Shown here piece by piece: positions 46,664 to 57,422 of a stretch of 64,000 bases of DNA (its first letter is position 1; every line of letters starts with the position of its first letter). Origin of the DNA: Candidatus Binatia bacterium (GTDB lineage: Bacteria; Desulfobacterota; Binatia; UBA9968); assembly GCA_036004365.1 (NCBI GenBank), contig DASYRN010000045.1, positions 7,637 to 71,636 of the forward strand. Reading direction: 5' to 3'. The translations under genes were made by a program, and so were the position numbers. Under the pieces are notes generated by a model, which had not been told where the DNA came from, did no database searches, and saw only the letters and a program-made list of their open reading frames with translations.

Positions 46664-47735
46664 AATGCGCCTGCAAAAGTGGTCTCTGGTTGGGGTGATC
46701 CTGGCGATCTTCGCTTCTCCCCATCGCAGCTATGCACAGTCGGCCGGAGAGATCCTCAAGCGCTACGAAGGGCTGAGCCCAAAGCAGCGCCAGGAAAAGC
46801 TCGTTGAGGGCGCGCGGAAGGAAGCAGCAGTCGTGATTTACAGTTTTACCGCAGTCGACCAGCTCACGCCATTACTTGAAGAATTCTACAAGAAATACCC
46901 GTTTGTTAAACCAGAGCACTACAGGGCCAACGCCTCAGGCGTTTTTAATAAGTTTATCACCGAGGCGCGCGCCGGCCGGACCCTGGCCGATGTGCTCGAT
47001 ATCTCGGCGGGCGAAGCCTATACCCTACGCCAGATGGGACTCGTCGATCCTTATTCTTCTCCCTTTAGAGAAGGGATTCCAAAAGATTTTCTGGACGAGC
47101 GAGGGTATTGGGCCGCGCATTACCACTTCGTAGTCGCCTTGGGCGCTAATACCAGAGCCATCAGCGCCTCGGAGGCACCGAGAAGCTACGGAGAGCTACT
47201 CAACCCGAAATGGAAAGGGCGCTTCTCGCTGGATCCCGCTGATCAAGATCTTTTTGGTGCGCTGCTGATGTATTGGGGGAAAGAGAAGACGCTTGACTAT
47301 TTTAAAAATCTCGCAAAACTCGAACCCCGGATGGTCACCGGCCACACGCAACAAGCCAATCTCGTTGGGTCGGGCGAGATTCACATGGCTCCGTGGCTTT
47401 ACGGCTATCGTCCGCTTCAATTAAAGGACGAGGGAGCTCCGGTTGAGGTCTTTCTCTTTGATCCTGTTCTCACCAACCCCGCTTATCTTTTGCTGGCGAA
47501 GAATTCTCCTCACGCTCACGCGGCCGCGCTCCTGATCGATTGGGCTCTTTCCGCTGACGGAGGGATGAAGTTTTTTGCCGAGAAATTCGGTCGAACGCCT
47601 ACTCGGCCGGGACTCAAGGAGAGGTTTCCACAACTTCGGGTGGAGAAATACCTCGTCGTCAAACCCGAAGTCGTCGGGCCAAACTTCAAAGAGTTCACCA
47701 AGGTCTATAACGAGATTTTTGCGATTGGTAAGTAG
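46664..47735 (+). CDS. ABC-transporter periplasmic solute-binding protein, family 1 (Fe3+/polyamine-like), orphan
   Basis: Signal peptide; SBP_bac_1-like fold; paralog of 50047-51171; no permease or ATPase genes adjacent. Confidence 0.7.
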
Positions 47736-47741
47736 GGAGGT

Positions 47742-48677
47742 TTATTTTTTCCCGCGAAAACGGAACAGTTCGACGAGCTTTCGCCGAACCACCTCCTCGC
47801 CGCCCGGCAGGATGTCAAACTTTGTTGTGTTATCCATCTTTTGCATTATTTTCCGGCCTTCGTCATCTTGATGCATCGAAAGCAAGGTCTCCTGAAGACG
47901 CTTGGCCACCTCCGGATGCAAACCCCTGCGAATAGAAACGAGATGGCGTGGAACCGTCTCCGTTTCGGCCAGGATAGCGATCTCGGCCCTTGCTTTCTCG
48001 TCAAGCGTGGCGTAGTCGTCATCGCTAAACGCACCAGCCATCACCTTCTTTGAGAGAAGGAGGTCAGCGATATTTTTGTGTGTAGAGGCAAAGATGTAGC
48101 CAATCTCCTTAGGAGAAACCTTGGCTTCGAGCCCGGGTTTTTCGGTAAGTCTGAATCCCTTCCTTAGAAGGAAGACCTTTGGCAAAAGATAGGCTGAAGT
48201 AGACCCGGGATCCTCGAAGGCGATGATCTTACCCTGTAGGTCTTCAAGCCGGGCTATGCCGCTCTCTTTGCTCGTGGCAAGGATGCCTCGATATTCGCCC
48301 TTCCCCCCCTTCCAACGCCTGAGCAACAATCTCGCGGACCCTTGCCTGTTGATGAGATAGGTCGGATAGGGGCTTTCCATATAAAAATCAACCCGCTTCT
48401 CCTCAAGCAGCTTTGCGAGTTGTAGCGCTGTCGGAGCCACAACAACCGTTCCTTTGATCTCGGAAGTGGAGGAGAGTTTTCGCGCGACATAACCCACAAA
48501 ATCGCGGAAATGCTCCTCGATCTCCTTCTGATGTATTTGAGAGACGAGTCCTAAAGAGATCGTTTTAACTGTGCCGGTCTCCGGCGCCTGTCCGGCAGCT
48601 TCAAGCTCAGGGGTTAGGAGAGAAACAAGAGCGGCAACGGCAAATATGAGGGAGGCATGATGTGTGTGTCTCTTCAT
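47742..48677 (-). CDS. PhnD/SsuA-like (phosphonate-type) periplasmic solute-binding protein, orphan
   Basis: Signal peptide; PhnD-family motifs (ISLGLVSQ..., YLINRQG..., GKIIAFEDPGSTSAYLLP). Confidence 0.7.
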   Translation of the reverse strand: MKRHTHHASLIFAVAALVSLLTPELEAAGQAPETGTVKTISLGLVSQIHQKEIEEHFRDFVGYVARKLSSTSEIKGTVVVAPTALQLAKLLEEKRVDFYMESPYPTYLINRQGSARLLLRRWKGGKGEYRGILATSKESGIARLEDLQGKIIAFEDPGSTSAYLLPKVFLLRKGFRLTEKPGLEAKVSPKEIGYIFASTHKNIADLLLSKKVMAGAFSDDDYATLDEKARAEIAILAETETVPRHLVSIRRGLHPEVAKRLQETLLSMHQDDEGRKIMQKMDNTTKFDILPGGEEVVRRKLVELFRFRGKK

Positions 48678-48963
48678 GACGACCTGTCACAGCCGGGAAT
48701 TTGCCGCGGGAGAACCCGAGAGCAATGGCGAACGACAAAGCCCACGCTACGTATATATAAACGAGGCAAACTTGGCAAGAATGAAAACAGATTCGGAAGC
48801 ACCTGGTGTCGCAAATCCTCGCCAAACGCCGAAACGACTCCGGGGAGGCCGGCTGTTTCACACCGGTGTATGAGGTCAGTGGACAGGCACGGAGAGGTTG
48901 TAATATAAGCAGTCTTGTCGTGGCTGCCGGGCGATTGCGGCGACACCAAAATCGGAGGTGAGA

Positions 48964-50027
48964 TCATGTGGTACAAAGCGAAGGCGCTCGATTTATTCGG
49001 AGTGGCGTTGGGATTCGGCTGCTTAGTGATTTTTCCCAAAGACGCTTTCTCTCAGGCCGGCTACTACCAGGGGAAGACCATCACGATTGTTCGGGGCGGG
49101 GAACCGGGGGGCTCAGGGGATATGCAGGCCAGGGCGTTGATACCGTTCCTCAAAAAACATATTCCCGGGAATCCGAATATTATCGTGGAGAACATGCCCG
49201 GCGCCGCCGGGATGAAAGCGGTCAACCATATTTATACGGCGAAGCCCGATGGGCTCACGATCACCGCCGTCGGCTCCGGCCTCGCCGCAGGCCCGATCCT
49301 CGGCTTGCCGGGAGTAAAATACGACATCGATAAGCTGATTTATCTGGGGTCGACGGAGCATGGCGATCCCTATGTCTTTTTAAGCCGGAAAGAAGCCGGT
49401 TTCGACAGTCTGGAAAAGCTGCGTGCTGCGTCGGGGATCAGGCTCGGTGCGCAAACCGTGGGCCACGCGGTTTATATTAGCGGGCGTATCTTCGCGCATC
49501 TTCTGGGTCTCAAGGATCCCAAGGTCGTTGTCGGCTTTGGAGGACCAGAGCTCGACATCGCTTTGGCCCGAGGCGAGGTTGACGCCAGAGCGAACAGCGC
49601 GGATACGGTGGTGCGCAGAAACGCCGATGCGCTGGAAAAAGGTCAGTTCAACATTCACGCCACCATCACGATTCCAAAAGGGAAGTTTCACCCGCGCTTC
49701 GCGAACGTCCCCGATGTGGAGACGCTTGCTAAAAACGACAAAGAGCGCCAACTGGTAAATCTGTTCCGCGCGTTTCTCTATCCGCGTTGGCCTTACGTGC
49801 TGCCGCCAGGCACCCCCGCGGAAATCGTCAAGGTCCTGCGCGAAGGGATGGTCAAGGCCTTTAAGGACCCGGGTTTTCACCAGGAATTTAAAAAACTCAT
49901 GGCGAGCGATCCATCCCCTCTCACCGGAGAAGAGGTGGAGACATCCATTAGAGAGCTGCCGCGCGATCCCGAGGTCATTGGACTATATAAAAAGATGGCC
50001 GAGCATGGACCGCTGCCGCCGCGCTAG
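48964..50027 (+). CDS. tctC: Tripartite tricarboxylate transporter substrate-binding protein (TctC / Bug family), orphan
   Basis: KTITIVRGGEPGGSGDMQARALIPFL...IVENMPGAAGMKAV is the Bug-family signature; no tctA or tctB nearby. Confidence 0.8.
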
Positions 50028-50046
50028 GGTGGGCATTTCCTTTCAT

Positions 50047-51171
50047 CTATCTCCTGCTGATGAAGAGCTGCCGCATTAGAGCTTCCCACTCAGCAAATCT
50101 CTTCTCATACTCTTCGAGAGAGTATTTGGCCTCGAGGTAGGTTTTCTTGAATTTCGTCTCCAACGAGCCGATGTCGCTCCGCGGCGAGTTCAGGCCGCCT
50201 TTCATCGCAACTTGCTGTCCCTCTCTTGAATGGATGTAGTCAAGGAAAAGAAGCGCAGCATGGGGATGGGGAACCTTGTTGAGCAACCCGGACTTGCCGA
50301 CGCTCGCAATCACCGGCTCTAAAGGACGCCACTCGACGGGAGCTCCCTTCTGCCTGGCCGTGGTGATATTGGAGTCGAAGATTGTGGGAGAAAGCGGCAC
50401 CTCGCCAGAGGCCACGAGACCTGCCAGCGCCGCTCCCGACATGTTTTGGACGTTCACCTGCTGTTGGCTCATCTTTTCGAGAAACTCGCGGCCCATCCCC
50501 TCCAGCAGATTTCCCACCCACTGGACCCCCGTAGTCGTGCCGGCAATGGACATTTTTCCCTTCCATTTGGGATCGAGGAGATCTTTCAGGCTCCGAGGCG
50601 CCTCGGCCGGCGGCACGAGCTTGGTGTTGAATCCCAGACTGATATAGATCTCTCGATTCGCCCAATAAACAACGCCGTTTTTTCCTTTCGTCTTCACTTC
50701 GTCGCCATAAAAAGCCATCTCAGGCGAATAGTGTTCTTGGAGCATGTCGTTTTTATGCAACAGCGCCATGTATTCAGGGCTCGTCTCCAAGACGTCGGCG
50801 ATGAGGCGGCCTGAGGCATATTCCTCTGTGACACGCTTGAGCAATTCCTTAGAGTCGCTGCGCCATACCATGACCTTAACGAACGGGTATTTCTTTTCGA
50901 ATGCCTGGGGCAACGCGCTCGCCATCCACGTGTTCGATGTGTAAAACGTCACTTGTCCTTCTTTCTTGGCCCCTTCGATCAAGAGCGGCTCCCTGTCGCG
51001 GCCTTGATAAAGGGCGATCTCGGCAAGCGCTTTGGGCTTACTGGCGGTCGCTGCAAGGCCTGGGGTTGGCAGCGACAGGAACCCGGCCGTCAGCAGAGAG
51101 CCTGCCACTATGAAAAAGCGCGAAGATTGGAAGCGGGCAAACCGGCAAAGCATAAGAAAGCATCCTCCCAC
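50047..51171 (-). CDS. ABC-transporter periplasmic solute-binding protein, family 1, orphan paralog
   Basis: Signal peptide; shared motifs with 46664-47735 (KKYPFVK..., LDPKWKGK..., PHPHAA-LL-DW/YI). Confidence 0.7.
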   Translation of the reverse strand: MGGCFLMLCRFARFQSSRFFIVAGSLLTAGFLSLPTPGLAATASKPKALAEIALYQGRDREPLLIEGAKKEGQVTFYTSNTWMASALPQAFEKKYPFVKVMVWRSDSKELLKRVTEEYASGRLIADVLETSPEYMALLHKNDMLQEHYSPEMAFYGDEVKTKGKNGVVYWANREIYISLGFNTKLVPPAEAPRSLKDLLDPKWKGKMSIAGTTTGVQWVGNLLEGMGREFLEKMSQQQVNVQNMSGAALAGLVASGEVPLSPTIFDSNITTARQKGAPVEWRPLEPVIASVGKSGLLNKVPHPHAALLFLDYIHSREGQQVAMKGGLNSPRSDIGSLETKFKKTYLEAKYSLEEYEKRFAEWEALMRQLFISRR

Positions 51172-51197
51172 TATTTTGTACTTTAGAGGCTATGAAT

Positions 51198-51845
51198 CTA
51201 AAATTTCTTCCACGGGTTGATCCCCAACTCTACATGCTTTCGGTATAACATGGCTACATAGATAAAATCGAAAATGAATATGGACACATAAAGAAAGTTC
51301 AGAAGAACCGAGGCGGGAAAGCGAAGAAAAAACAGTATCGACGGCAATAAAGTTCCGAGCATCTTAAATAAGGCTATATAAATCGACTGGCCACTCACGT
51401 CTCTCCGATTCAGCAGCATCGATATAAACAAAACAGACATCATAAGATTTTGCCCGAAGGCTGCGTACTTGCCGTCCCAGTCTTTGAACTCATAGGTTAT
51501 GGCCAGGATGGCGCCAAAACTTAGGATTAGCGTTACAAGGAAAGTAAGATAGAAAAAGCGCGCCGGCAGTATTTGATTCAAGGCCTTCCCTCCGAAGCGG
51601 AGAGTTTGAAAGACGATGATCGTATCAAAGGCAAACCAAGCGATATTGATATAATTCTGAGGAGGCTCGTGCGGGTGCATGAAGGAAAATATAAATTCCC
51701 AGGAGATATTCGCCGATAGAGCCGCTACCGGCATCCCATAAGTCTTGTCCTGGAATCCCACTCGGAGGATCAAGATATAGGCCAAGGTCCAGAAGACTCC
51801 CGATCCGATCTGCAAGCTCAAGCTTATCTCAGGAGGAACCGCCAT
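51198..51845 (-). CDS. AT-rich polytopic membrane protein of unknown function
   Basis: About 6 predicted TM helices; local GC (~40-45%) far below the window average. Confidence 0.5.
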   Translation of the reverse strand: MAVPPEISLSLQIGSGVFWTLAYILILRVGFQDKTYGMPVAALSANISWEFIFSFMHPHEPPQNYINIAWFAFDTIIVFQTLRFGGKALNQILPARFFYLTFLVTLILSFGAILAITYEFKDWDGKYAAFGQNLMMSVLFISMLLNRRDVSGQSIYIALFKMLGTLLPSILFFLRFPASVLLNFLYVSIFIFDFIYVAMLYRKHVELGINPWKKF

Positions 51846-51959
51846 AACATACCGCTTTTGCGGATGCTAACTTACTCTCCCCGTTTTTAGCAATGACGGC
51901 CAGCATGAAAGGTAGAGCGTTGGTATCCGTAAGCCGCTTCATCTAAGTCATTTCGACAT

Positions 51960-51975
51960 TTCGGGAATTCTCGAA
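51960..51975. promoter_or_regulatory. Near-palindrome TTCGGGAATTCTCGAA ~120 nt upstream of dinB; candidate operator related to the GAATTCTC-core element
   Basis: Shares the GAATTCTC core and dyad symmetry with the TTGAGAATTCTCAA copies; position upstream of a DNA-damage polymerase gene. Confidence 0.3.
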
Positions 51976-52091
51976 GCATGGAAGCGTGGCAGAAGCTCCC
52001 GCTGGAATTGAATGTGCGGGCGGCAGCGGCGGGTGTCGTCAACTATGTCGGTGCAAAACGATGGCGAAGATGAGAGAATGCGCCGGGAACG

Positions 52092-53183
52092 ATGCGCATC
52101 GTCGTGCATGTCGATATGGACGCGTTCTACGCCGCCGTGGAGGAGCGGTACAATCCTCAATTGCGCGGCCTTCCTGTGGTCGTAGGAGCCGACCCTAAAG
52201 AAGGAAGAGGACGAGGCGTGGTGACGACGGCCAACTACACGGCGCGCAGGTTCGGCATCCACTCGGCCCTGCCGATCTCACGCGCGTGGCGGCTTGCAGA
52301 AGCCGCTCGGAAGCGAGGCGAGCCCGCAGCGGTCTTCATCCGGACGAACTTCCAGCTGTATGGGGAGGTTTCGGCCCGCATCATGCAGATTCTCGAAAGC
52401 CGGGCCGATTCTTTTGAAGAGGCGAGCATCGATGAGGCCTATCTCGAAATCTCATCGCTTGGGAGCTTTGAGGTCGCAGTAGGGCACATGAGTGCGTTAA
52501 AGACCGAGATCCGGGACAAGGAGGAGCTTAGCTGCTCCGTCGGCATCGGTCCAAACAAGCTTATCGCCAAAATTGCCTCGGGCCACAACAAGCCTGACGG
52601 CCTCACCGTTGTGAGGCCGGAGCAGGTCCAGGAGTTCCTCGATCCTCTCCCTATCCGCGTGATTCCCGGCATCGGGCCCAAGGGCGAGGCCTTCCTCCAC
52701 GAGCAAAAGATTCAGACCGTAAAAGAGCTGCGGGAAATTCCCGGCTCAAAGCTCATGGACTGGTTTGGAAAATGGGGTCATAGTCTTTTTGAAAAGGCTC
52801 GGGGCGTCGATGACTCACCGGTTTCAAACGAGTGGACGAGAAAGTCGGCGGGCGAGCAGGAAACATTCGATCAGGACACCCGAAGCCTTTCTTTTGTTAC
52901 CGAGCGGCTTTATGCGATCGCCGAGCGGGTCATCGGCAAACTCAGGGAAAAAGAGTTCGCCGGTTTCCGCACTGTCACCTTGACGGTGCGCTTTTCCGGT
53001 TTTGAAACTAAGAACCGTTCCCGCAGCTTCAAGAATGGAATCGTGCTCGACAACGATGGAGTGGCGCTCCAACTCCTCAAGCAGGAGACCCTAAAACTCG
53101 TACTTCCTTTTTTCGACTCGCGGGAAAACCCGCGGGGAAAGGCGATCCGGCTCATCGGCCTCCGCCTGGAAAAACTTTTCTGA
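52092..53183 (+). CDS. dinB: DNA polymerase IV (Y-family)
   Basis: IVVHVDMDAFYAAVEERYNPQLRGLPVVV N-terminus and full-length DinB similarity, 363 aa. Confidence 0.9.
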   Translation: MRIVVHVDMDAFYAAVEERYNPQLRGLPVVVGADPKEGRGRGVVTTANYTARRFGIHSALPISRAWRLAEAARKRGEPAAVFIRTNFQLYGEVSARIMQILESRADSFEEASIDEAYLEISSLGSFEVAVGHMSALKTEIRDKEELSCSVGIGPNKLIAKIASGHNKPDGLTVVRPEQVQEFLDPLPIRVIPGIGPKGEAFLHEQKIQTVKELREIPGSKLMDWFGKWGHSLFEKARGVDDSPVSNEWTRKSAGEQETFDQDTRSLSFVTERLYAIAERVIGKLREKEFAGFRTVTLTVRFSGFETKNRSRSFKNGIVLDNDGVALQLLKQETLKLVLPFFDSRENPRGKAIRLIGLRLEKLF

Positions 53184-53429
53184 GATGATCCTCCACGTTT
53201 CATCGATTCAACTTTAGCCGCTGCGATGGATAGTACATTTTAGGCCTTTGCCGGCTAAGAATTGCGGCCCTATCGTCCCACAAGTCTCTTCAAATTTCCT
53301 GAAGAATTAACGGCTTAGTTACCTGCTGGCCGTGGTATATGCCTTGCATAATGGTAAACAGTAAGAGCCCTCGACAGCGACGGAACCAGGTCGAACAGGA
53401 TCACCAACATCGAGAGACGGAAGGCTAAG

Positions 53430-54440
53430 ATGGCAATAGCAGCATTAAGACCATTCATCGGAAGTTTACCGGCATCGGTATCGAAGTGTGATGAAGGAGG
53501 CACCGTGAAAGGAAGAGGAAGATATTTGGCTGTCGTTCATTCAGTCCATCTAAGCTGTCTTGCTTTTGCGAGCTTCTTCGCATTAGTTCCAGTTTTAGCT
53601 TCCCAGGCTCAGATGGATCCGATTCCAACGGAGGAAAACCGCATGCGAGAGCTGGTTGATGACCTAAAAGATCTCATCCAGAAGGCGGACGGAGACGACA
53701 GATCAGAGCCTGGGTTGCTTCGGCAGCTCCGCGACCTCGTGGGCCGTTACGATTGGCCGTGGAGAGTGTTGCTCTTACGCGAGGATTTTCGCGATGGCGA
53801 TTATACTTACGATCCGCCATGGATCGTGAACCACGGGGAGTTCCGGGTCGTGAACGGATCCGGACTTAAAACTGTCTTTCACCCAGTACGCCAAGGCCGT
53901 TATTTAGCGGACACGAAAGGCGAAAATCCCGTGGACGTTTTGGACGAAATTTTTGGCCGCGTGAGAGAACGGGAAGAAAAAGATGATCTTCAGAGAACTT
54001 CACCATCCGCAGCCGAAATCTACACTCAGCTCGATATCAGTAACGCTTTTGCCGTGAAGGTTCAGCTTAAGCTTAGCGGATACCACGACCGGAACAATCG
54101 ACTTGAATTGGGTCCCTATCTGACTGATGAGCGCAACTCGGGATATCGGCTTGCCTATGAGTCTGGAAACGGGCCGTCTATAAGCTTGTTGCGAGTTGCG
54201 CCGGGCAGTTCGGCGGTCATTGAGATATGGGATCGAGGAGTCGACGTGGAAGACGGGAACCCGCACATCATTGAGTGGCGCCGCCGAGCTGACGGTGAAA
54301 TGGTAGTGTTTTTGGATGCCAAAGAAATCATCCGGGCCATGGACCGCGCCCCAATAGATTGGTTTGATGGCTTTAGTATTATCAATAAGGGCGGCGATTA
54401 CGAATTGACGGAAATCTCTATCTTTGGAGCCTACCGGTAA
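53430..54440 (+). CDS. Hypothetical secreted protein
   Basis: 336 aa ORF with internal hydrophobic signal-like segment (LSCLAFASFFALVPVLASQAQ); no recognisable domain; start uncertain. Confidence 0.45.
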   Translation: MAIAALRPFIGSLPASVSKCDEGGTVKGRGRYLAVVHSVHLSCLAFASFFALVPVLASQAQMDPIPTEENRMRELVDDLKDLIQKADGDDRSEPGLLRQLRDLVGRYDWPWRVLLLREDFRDGDYTYDPPWIVNHGEFRVVNGSGLKTVFHPVRQGRYLADTKGENPVDVLDEIFGRVREREEKDDLQRTSPSAAEIYTQLDISNAFAVKVQLKLSGYHDRNNRLELGPYLTDERNSGYRLAYESGNGPSISLLRVAPGSSAVIEIWDRGVDVEDGNPHIIEWRRRADGEMVVFLDAKEIIRAMDRAPIDWFDGFSIINKGGDYELTEISIFGAYR

Positions 54441-54584
54441 AACAAGTCATTCTACGTCGCTGCTGCGAGATATTCTTTGTTGATACTTCTTCTTTCCAGA
54501 CACTTTTCCTCTCCAGGATTGTAAAGATATTCAGGCTGGACCAAGGCGCACGGCGGACTCTGCTGTCCAGAGTTTTCGATGGTG

Positions 54585-55511
54585 TCAGGAGCGCCAAAGG
54601 TTGCGGAACCGGACAGCCACCACTTGGTCGTAGGGCACCGGGCCGGGCAGCAGGCCGGCGGATTGGGCGAATCGGTTGAGCCCAGCGATGGCCTCTTCGG
54701 AGATGACGGGATCGTAGAAGGGCAAGTCCCGGTCGACGATCGGTGCAATTAGCTCCGCAGCCTCCGGAGGAAAGCGGCGCCGCCCCACCTCTGCGGCCTG
54801 CGCTGGTTCTGCCCGGAGGGCTCGTTGAGTTTTCACGATGGCTCGGACAGCTGCCGCGGCGCGCTCCGGGTCCCGCGCGATCAGCGTCTCAGTCGTGGCG
54901 AGCGCAGCAAACGTGAAGTGGCGGACTTCGGCTGGGTCATCGCCGCGCCGCACATCGAGGAGGATCTTGCCCACACCCCGCCGGACCGCGGCCTCGCTAC
55001 CCATCGCGTTGGCCCAGAAGCCATCGATCTGGCCCGCCTCCAGAGCGCGGGCCGCGAACACGCCAAAGGAGACATCGCGCGCCCGGGAGCCCGGCAGCTC
55101 CACGATCTGCAGCTCTAGGTCCGGATCGATTCCGGCATCGATCAGCATCTGTCGTAGCGCCAGGTCGGGTCCCTCCGCCGCCGTGAGCCGAAGCCCCTTC
55201 AACGCCCGAATGTCGCCGCGCTTTGCGGGGAGATCGGCACGGACGACGAGAAGCCAGGGGGTCCCTTGGGAGAGGGCCACGATCAGCTTCGCCCCTTGCC
55301 AGCGGGGAAACGCCGTCAAGAGGTCATGCACCGAACCGGCGACCATGGCATCTGCGGCGCCGTCCCGCAGCGCTTTAGTCGCCCCAAGCATGGGGAAGAG
55401 TTCCACATGGGCATCCAGACCCTCGGCACTGTAGAAGCCTAGCTCCTCAGCGGCGAGCGCGGGGAAACAGGTATTGCTGACGAGGTCGACCGCTGCGATG
55501 CGCATGTGCAC
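54585..55511 (-). CDS. NMT1/THI5-like (SsuA/TauA-fold) protein without signal peptide
   Basis: 308 aa periplasmic-binding-protein type II fold signature (…ELFPMLGATKALRDGAADAMVAG…), no N-terminal leader. Confidence 0.65.
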   Translation of the reverse strand: MHMRIAAVDLVSNTCFPALAAEELGFYSAEGLDAHVELFPMLGATKALRDGAADAMVAGSVHDLLTAFPRWQGAKLIVALSQGTPWLLVVRADLPAKRGDIRALKGLRLTAAEGPDLALRQMLIDAGIDPDLELQIVELPGSRARDVSFGVFAARALEAGQIDGFWANAMGSEAAVRRGVGKILLDVRRGDDPAEVRHFTFAALATTETLIARDPERAAAAVRAIVKTQRALRAEPAQAAEVGRRRFPPEAAELIAPIVDRDLPFYDPVISEEAIAGLNRFAQSAGLLPGPVPYDQVVAVRFRNLWRS

Positions 55512-55547
55512 GGCACCACTACTCCTGAACTTCTTTGTTCGTAAGAT

Positions 55548-55946
55548 TTACCTCGCCGGCGCGTAAAGCTGCAGCAGGTTGCCTTCGGTGTCGAAGAAGT
55601 AAAAACCGCTGGCCCCGCCCCGATCGACCCGCTCCCTGGCATGGAGCTTTACGCCCCACTCCTTTATTTTCTGGGCCGCCAGCTCAAAATCTTCCCGCTC
55701 GATCTCGAAGGCCTGGTGCGTCGCGCCATCCTCTTCAATGGCATTTTTCTTGGCAAGATGCGGCCGCTCAAAAAGAACGATGAGATCGTCACCGGATCTG
55801 AGCTCGGTGCGCGCCAGGATTTTTCCCATGTCGTCCTTTCCGGTTTTGGATACCTTCATTCCAAGGACTTCGGTGTAGAACTTCACTGCCCGGTCCATAT
55901 CATCGACCGGTATCCCCATGTGATGAATTCCTTTGGTTCTGATCAT
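55548..55946 (-). CDS. VOC-family glyoxalase-like protein
   Basis: GIHHMGIPVDDMDRAVKFYTEVLGMKV signature, 132 aa. Confidence 0.8.
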   Translation of the reverse strand: MIRTKGIHHMGIPVDDMDRAVKFYTEVLGMKVSKTGKDDMGKILARTELRSGDDLIVLFERPHLAKKNAIEEDGATHQAFEIEREDFELAAQKIKEWGVKLHARERVDRGGASGFYFFDTEGNLLQLYAPAR

Positions 55947-56368
55947 CCCTAACCTCCTTTGAGCGCCTTTGGCCGGTCAGCGGATTTCGAGGATAACGCA
56001 TGCGCCGAAATATCTCACGATGCGCATCAGTGTTTTTTTCGTAAGTGCCAGGACTTCCAATGTTAGCTTCTAATAGCCGAGACTGAAGTATCACACGATG
56101 GTTTTGCGATCAACCGTTACGCTCCGTCACAATGTATTTCCGCGGCCTTGAGAATCCAGAGCAGCCGTAACGTAGACTGGTTCTCTTCTCTTAGGTGGTG
56201 GCTAACCATCCAATAGAGTGTATGCAAAAGCCTGCATTACACCTTAATATTTGGCAGTATAATCTGCAGTTCGCGCCTCTCGAAATCCTCAGATCGCATG
56301 TAACTCGGTATCAAAAAGAAAGATTCAATTCTGGCATGTAATTTGTTTCTCCCCCGGATGGTCCGCCC

Positions 56369-57199
56369 ATGAAGCCTGCTAGACTCACCCTTGTTGGCGT
56401 AACCGGACTTATCCTCCTTTGCGCTACGGTGCTCGCCGGAGCCCAAACTAGGAATAAACAAGCAAAAACTAGCTACGGCAGCTCGCCGCGGCTCGGATCC
56501 TCGGAGAAGACCCTTTTAGAGAAGCGAAAAGAACTCATCGAAAGAAAGAAGGCCTCAAGGGACGGTCTGGGAAATCTCCTCCAGGTCTATGAAAAAAAAT
56601 TGGAGCGCCAGTCCGCCGATTATGAGACGAAGAAGGAATTGTATCAGAGCGACTTGATTTCAAAGGCGGAACTTGAGGAGAGCAGGCGCGCTATGACTCA
56701 TACTCGCCTCGAGATCCAACAAGTCCAGCAATGGATCGCGGAAGATGATGTCGCGCTCTTACTGTCAGAGCTCGCGGCGCAGGGAAAGCTGGAGCGCCTT
56801 CCCTTAGGAGGGTACCATGAAACCGCGACCTTCATTCGCTACAACGGCGCCGCGGATTGGTCGCTCGCCAATACAGGAAAGATCAAAGAGTTCTTCTTGA
56901 AGCGGTTTGGCCGGCCGCTCCCTGTAAGCGCCATGGGCCAGTCCTCGACTCACGACGACATGGGCTTTGATCATCGAGATGCCATTGATGTCGCGGTGCG
57001 TCCAGATAGCGAAGAAGGGCGTGGGCTCATGGCATACTTGCGGAAGGCCGGCATCCCATTCATCGCTTTTCGGAACAAGGTGCGCGGCATGGCCACGGGA
57101 GCGCATATTCACATAGGTAGGCCGTCGCTGAGAATTGCGCAGGTGAAGCAGGGGTTGACGCACCCGGCCTTGCTACAGAAAGCCGGAGACGAGAGCTGA
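56369..57199 (+). CDS. Secreted protein with N-terminal coiled coil and C-terminal M15/Hedgehog-like putative zinc-peptidase domain
   Basis: Signal peptide; coiled-coil region; STHDDMGFDHRDAIDV and GAHIHIG resemble the zinc ligands of D-Ala-D-Ala carboxypeptidase-like folds (tentative). Confidence 0.45.
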   Translation: MKPARLTLVGVTGLILLCATVLAGAQTRNKQAKTSYGSSPRLGSSEKTLLEKRKELIERKKASRDGLGNLLQVYEKKLERQSADYETKKELYQSDLISKAELEESRRAMTHTRLEIQQVQQWIAEDDVALLLSELAAQGKLERLPLGGYHETATFIRYNGAADWSLANTGKIKEFFLKRFGRPLPVSAMGQSSTHDDMGFDHRDAIDVAVRPDSEEGRGLMAYLRKAGIPFIAFRNKVRGMATGAHIHIGRPSLRIAQVKQGLTHPALLQKAGDES

Positions 57200-57422
57200 C
57201 CCATTTTCTATAGGCACCCCTTTCATCGGTCGTCTGCGTTCTCTCTCGAGTGATCTGGCAAGCAACAAATCCTCTTGACACGTATCCCGCGCGTTTACTA
57301 TATCCGGTAGTAGCAATAGAGCATATTTTTCTCACGCGAGATCATCACCAATCACGACGTGTAAGACCCTCGGAGGCACGGAAAGGCGTTCTCGTAGTGA
57401 GAAGCATCTGCAGGAAGTTTGC

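Noticed and set aside
54838-55434. 198-aa + ORF (Ala/Arg/Ser-rich)
   Set aside because: High-GC antisense shadow of the NMT1/THI5-like gene 54585-55511.
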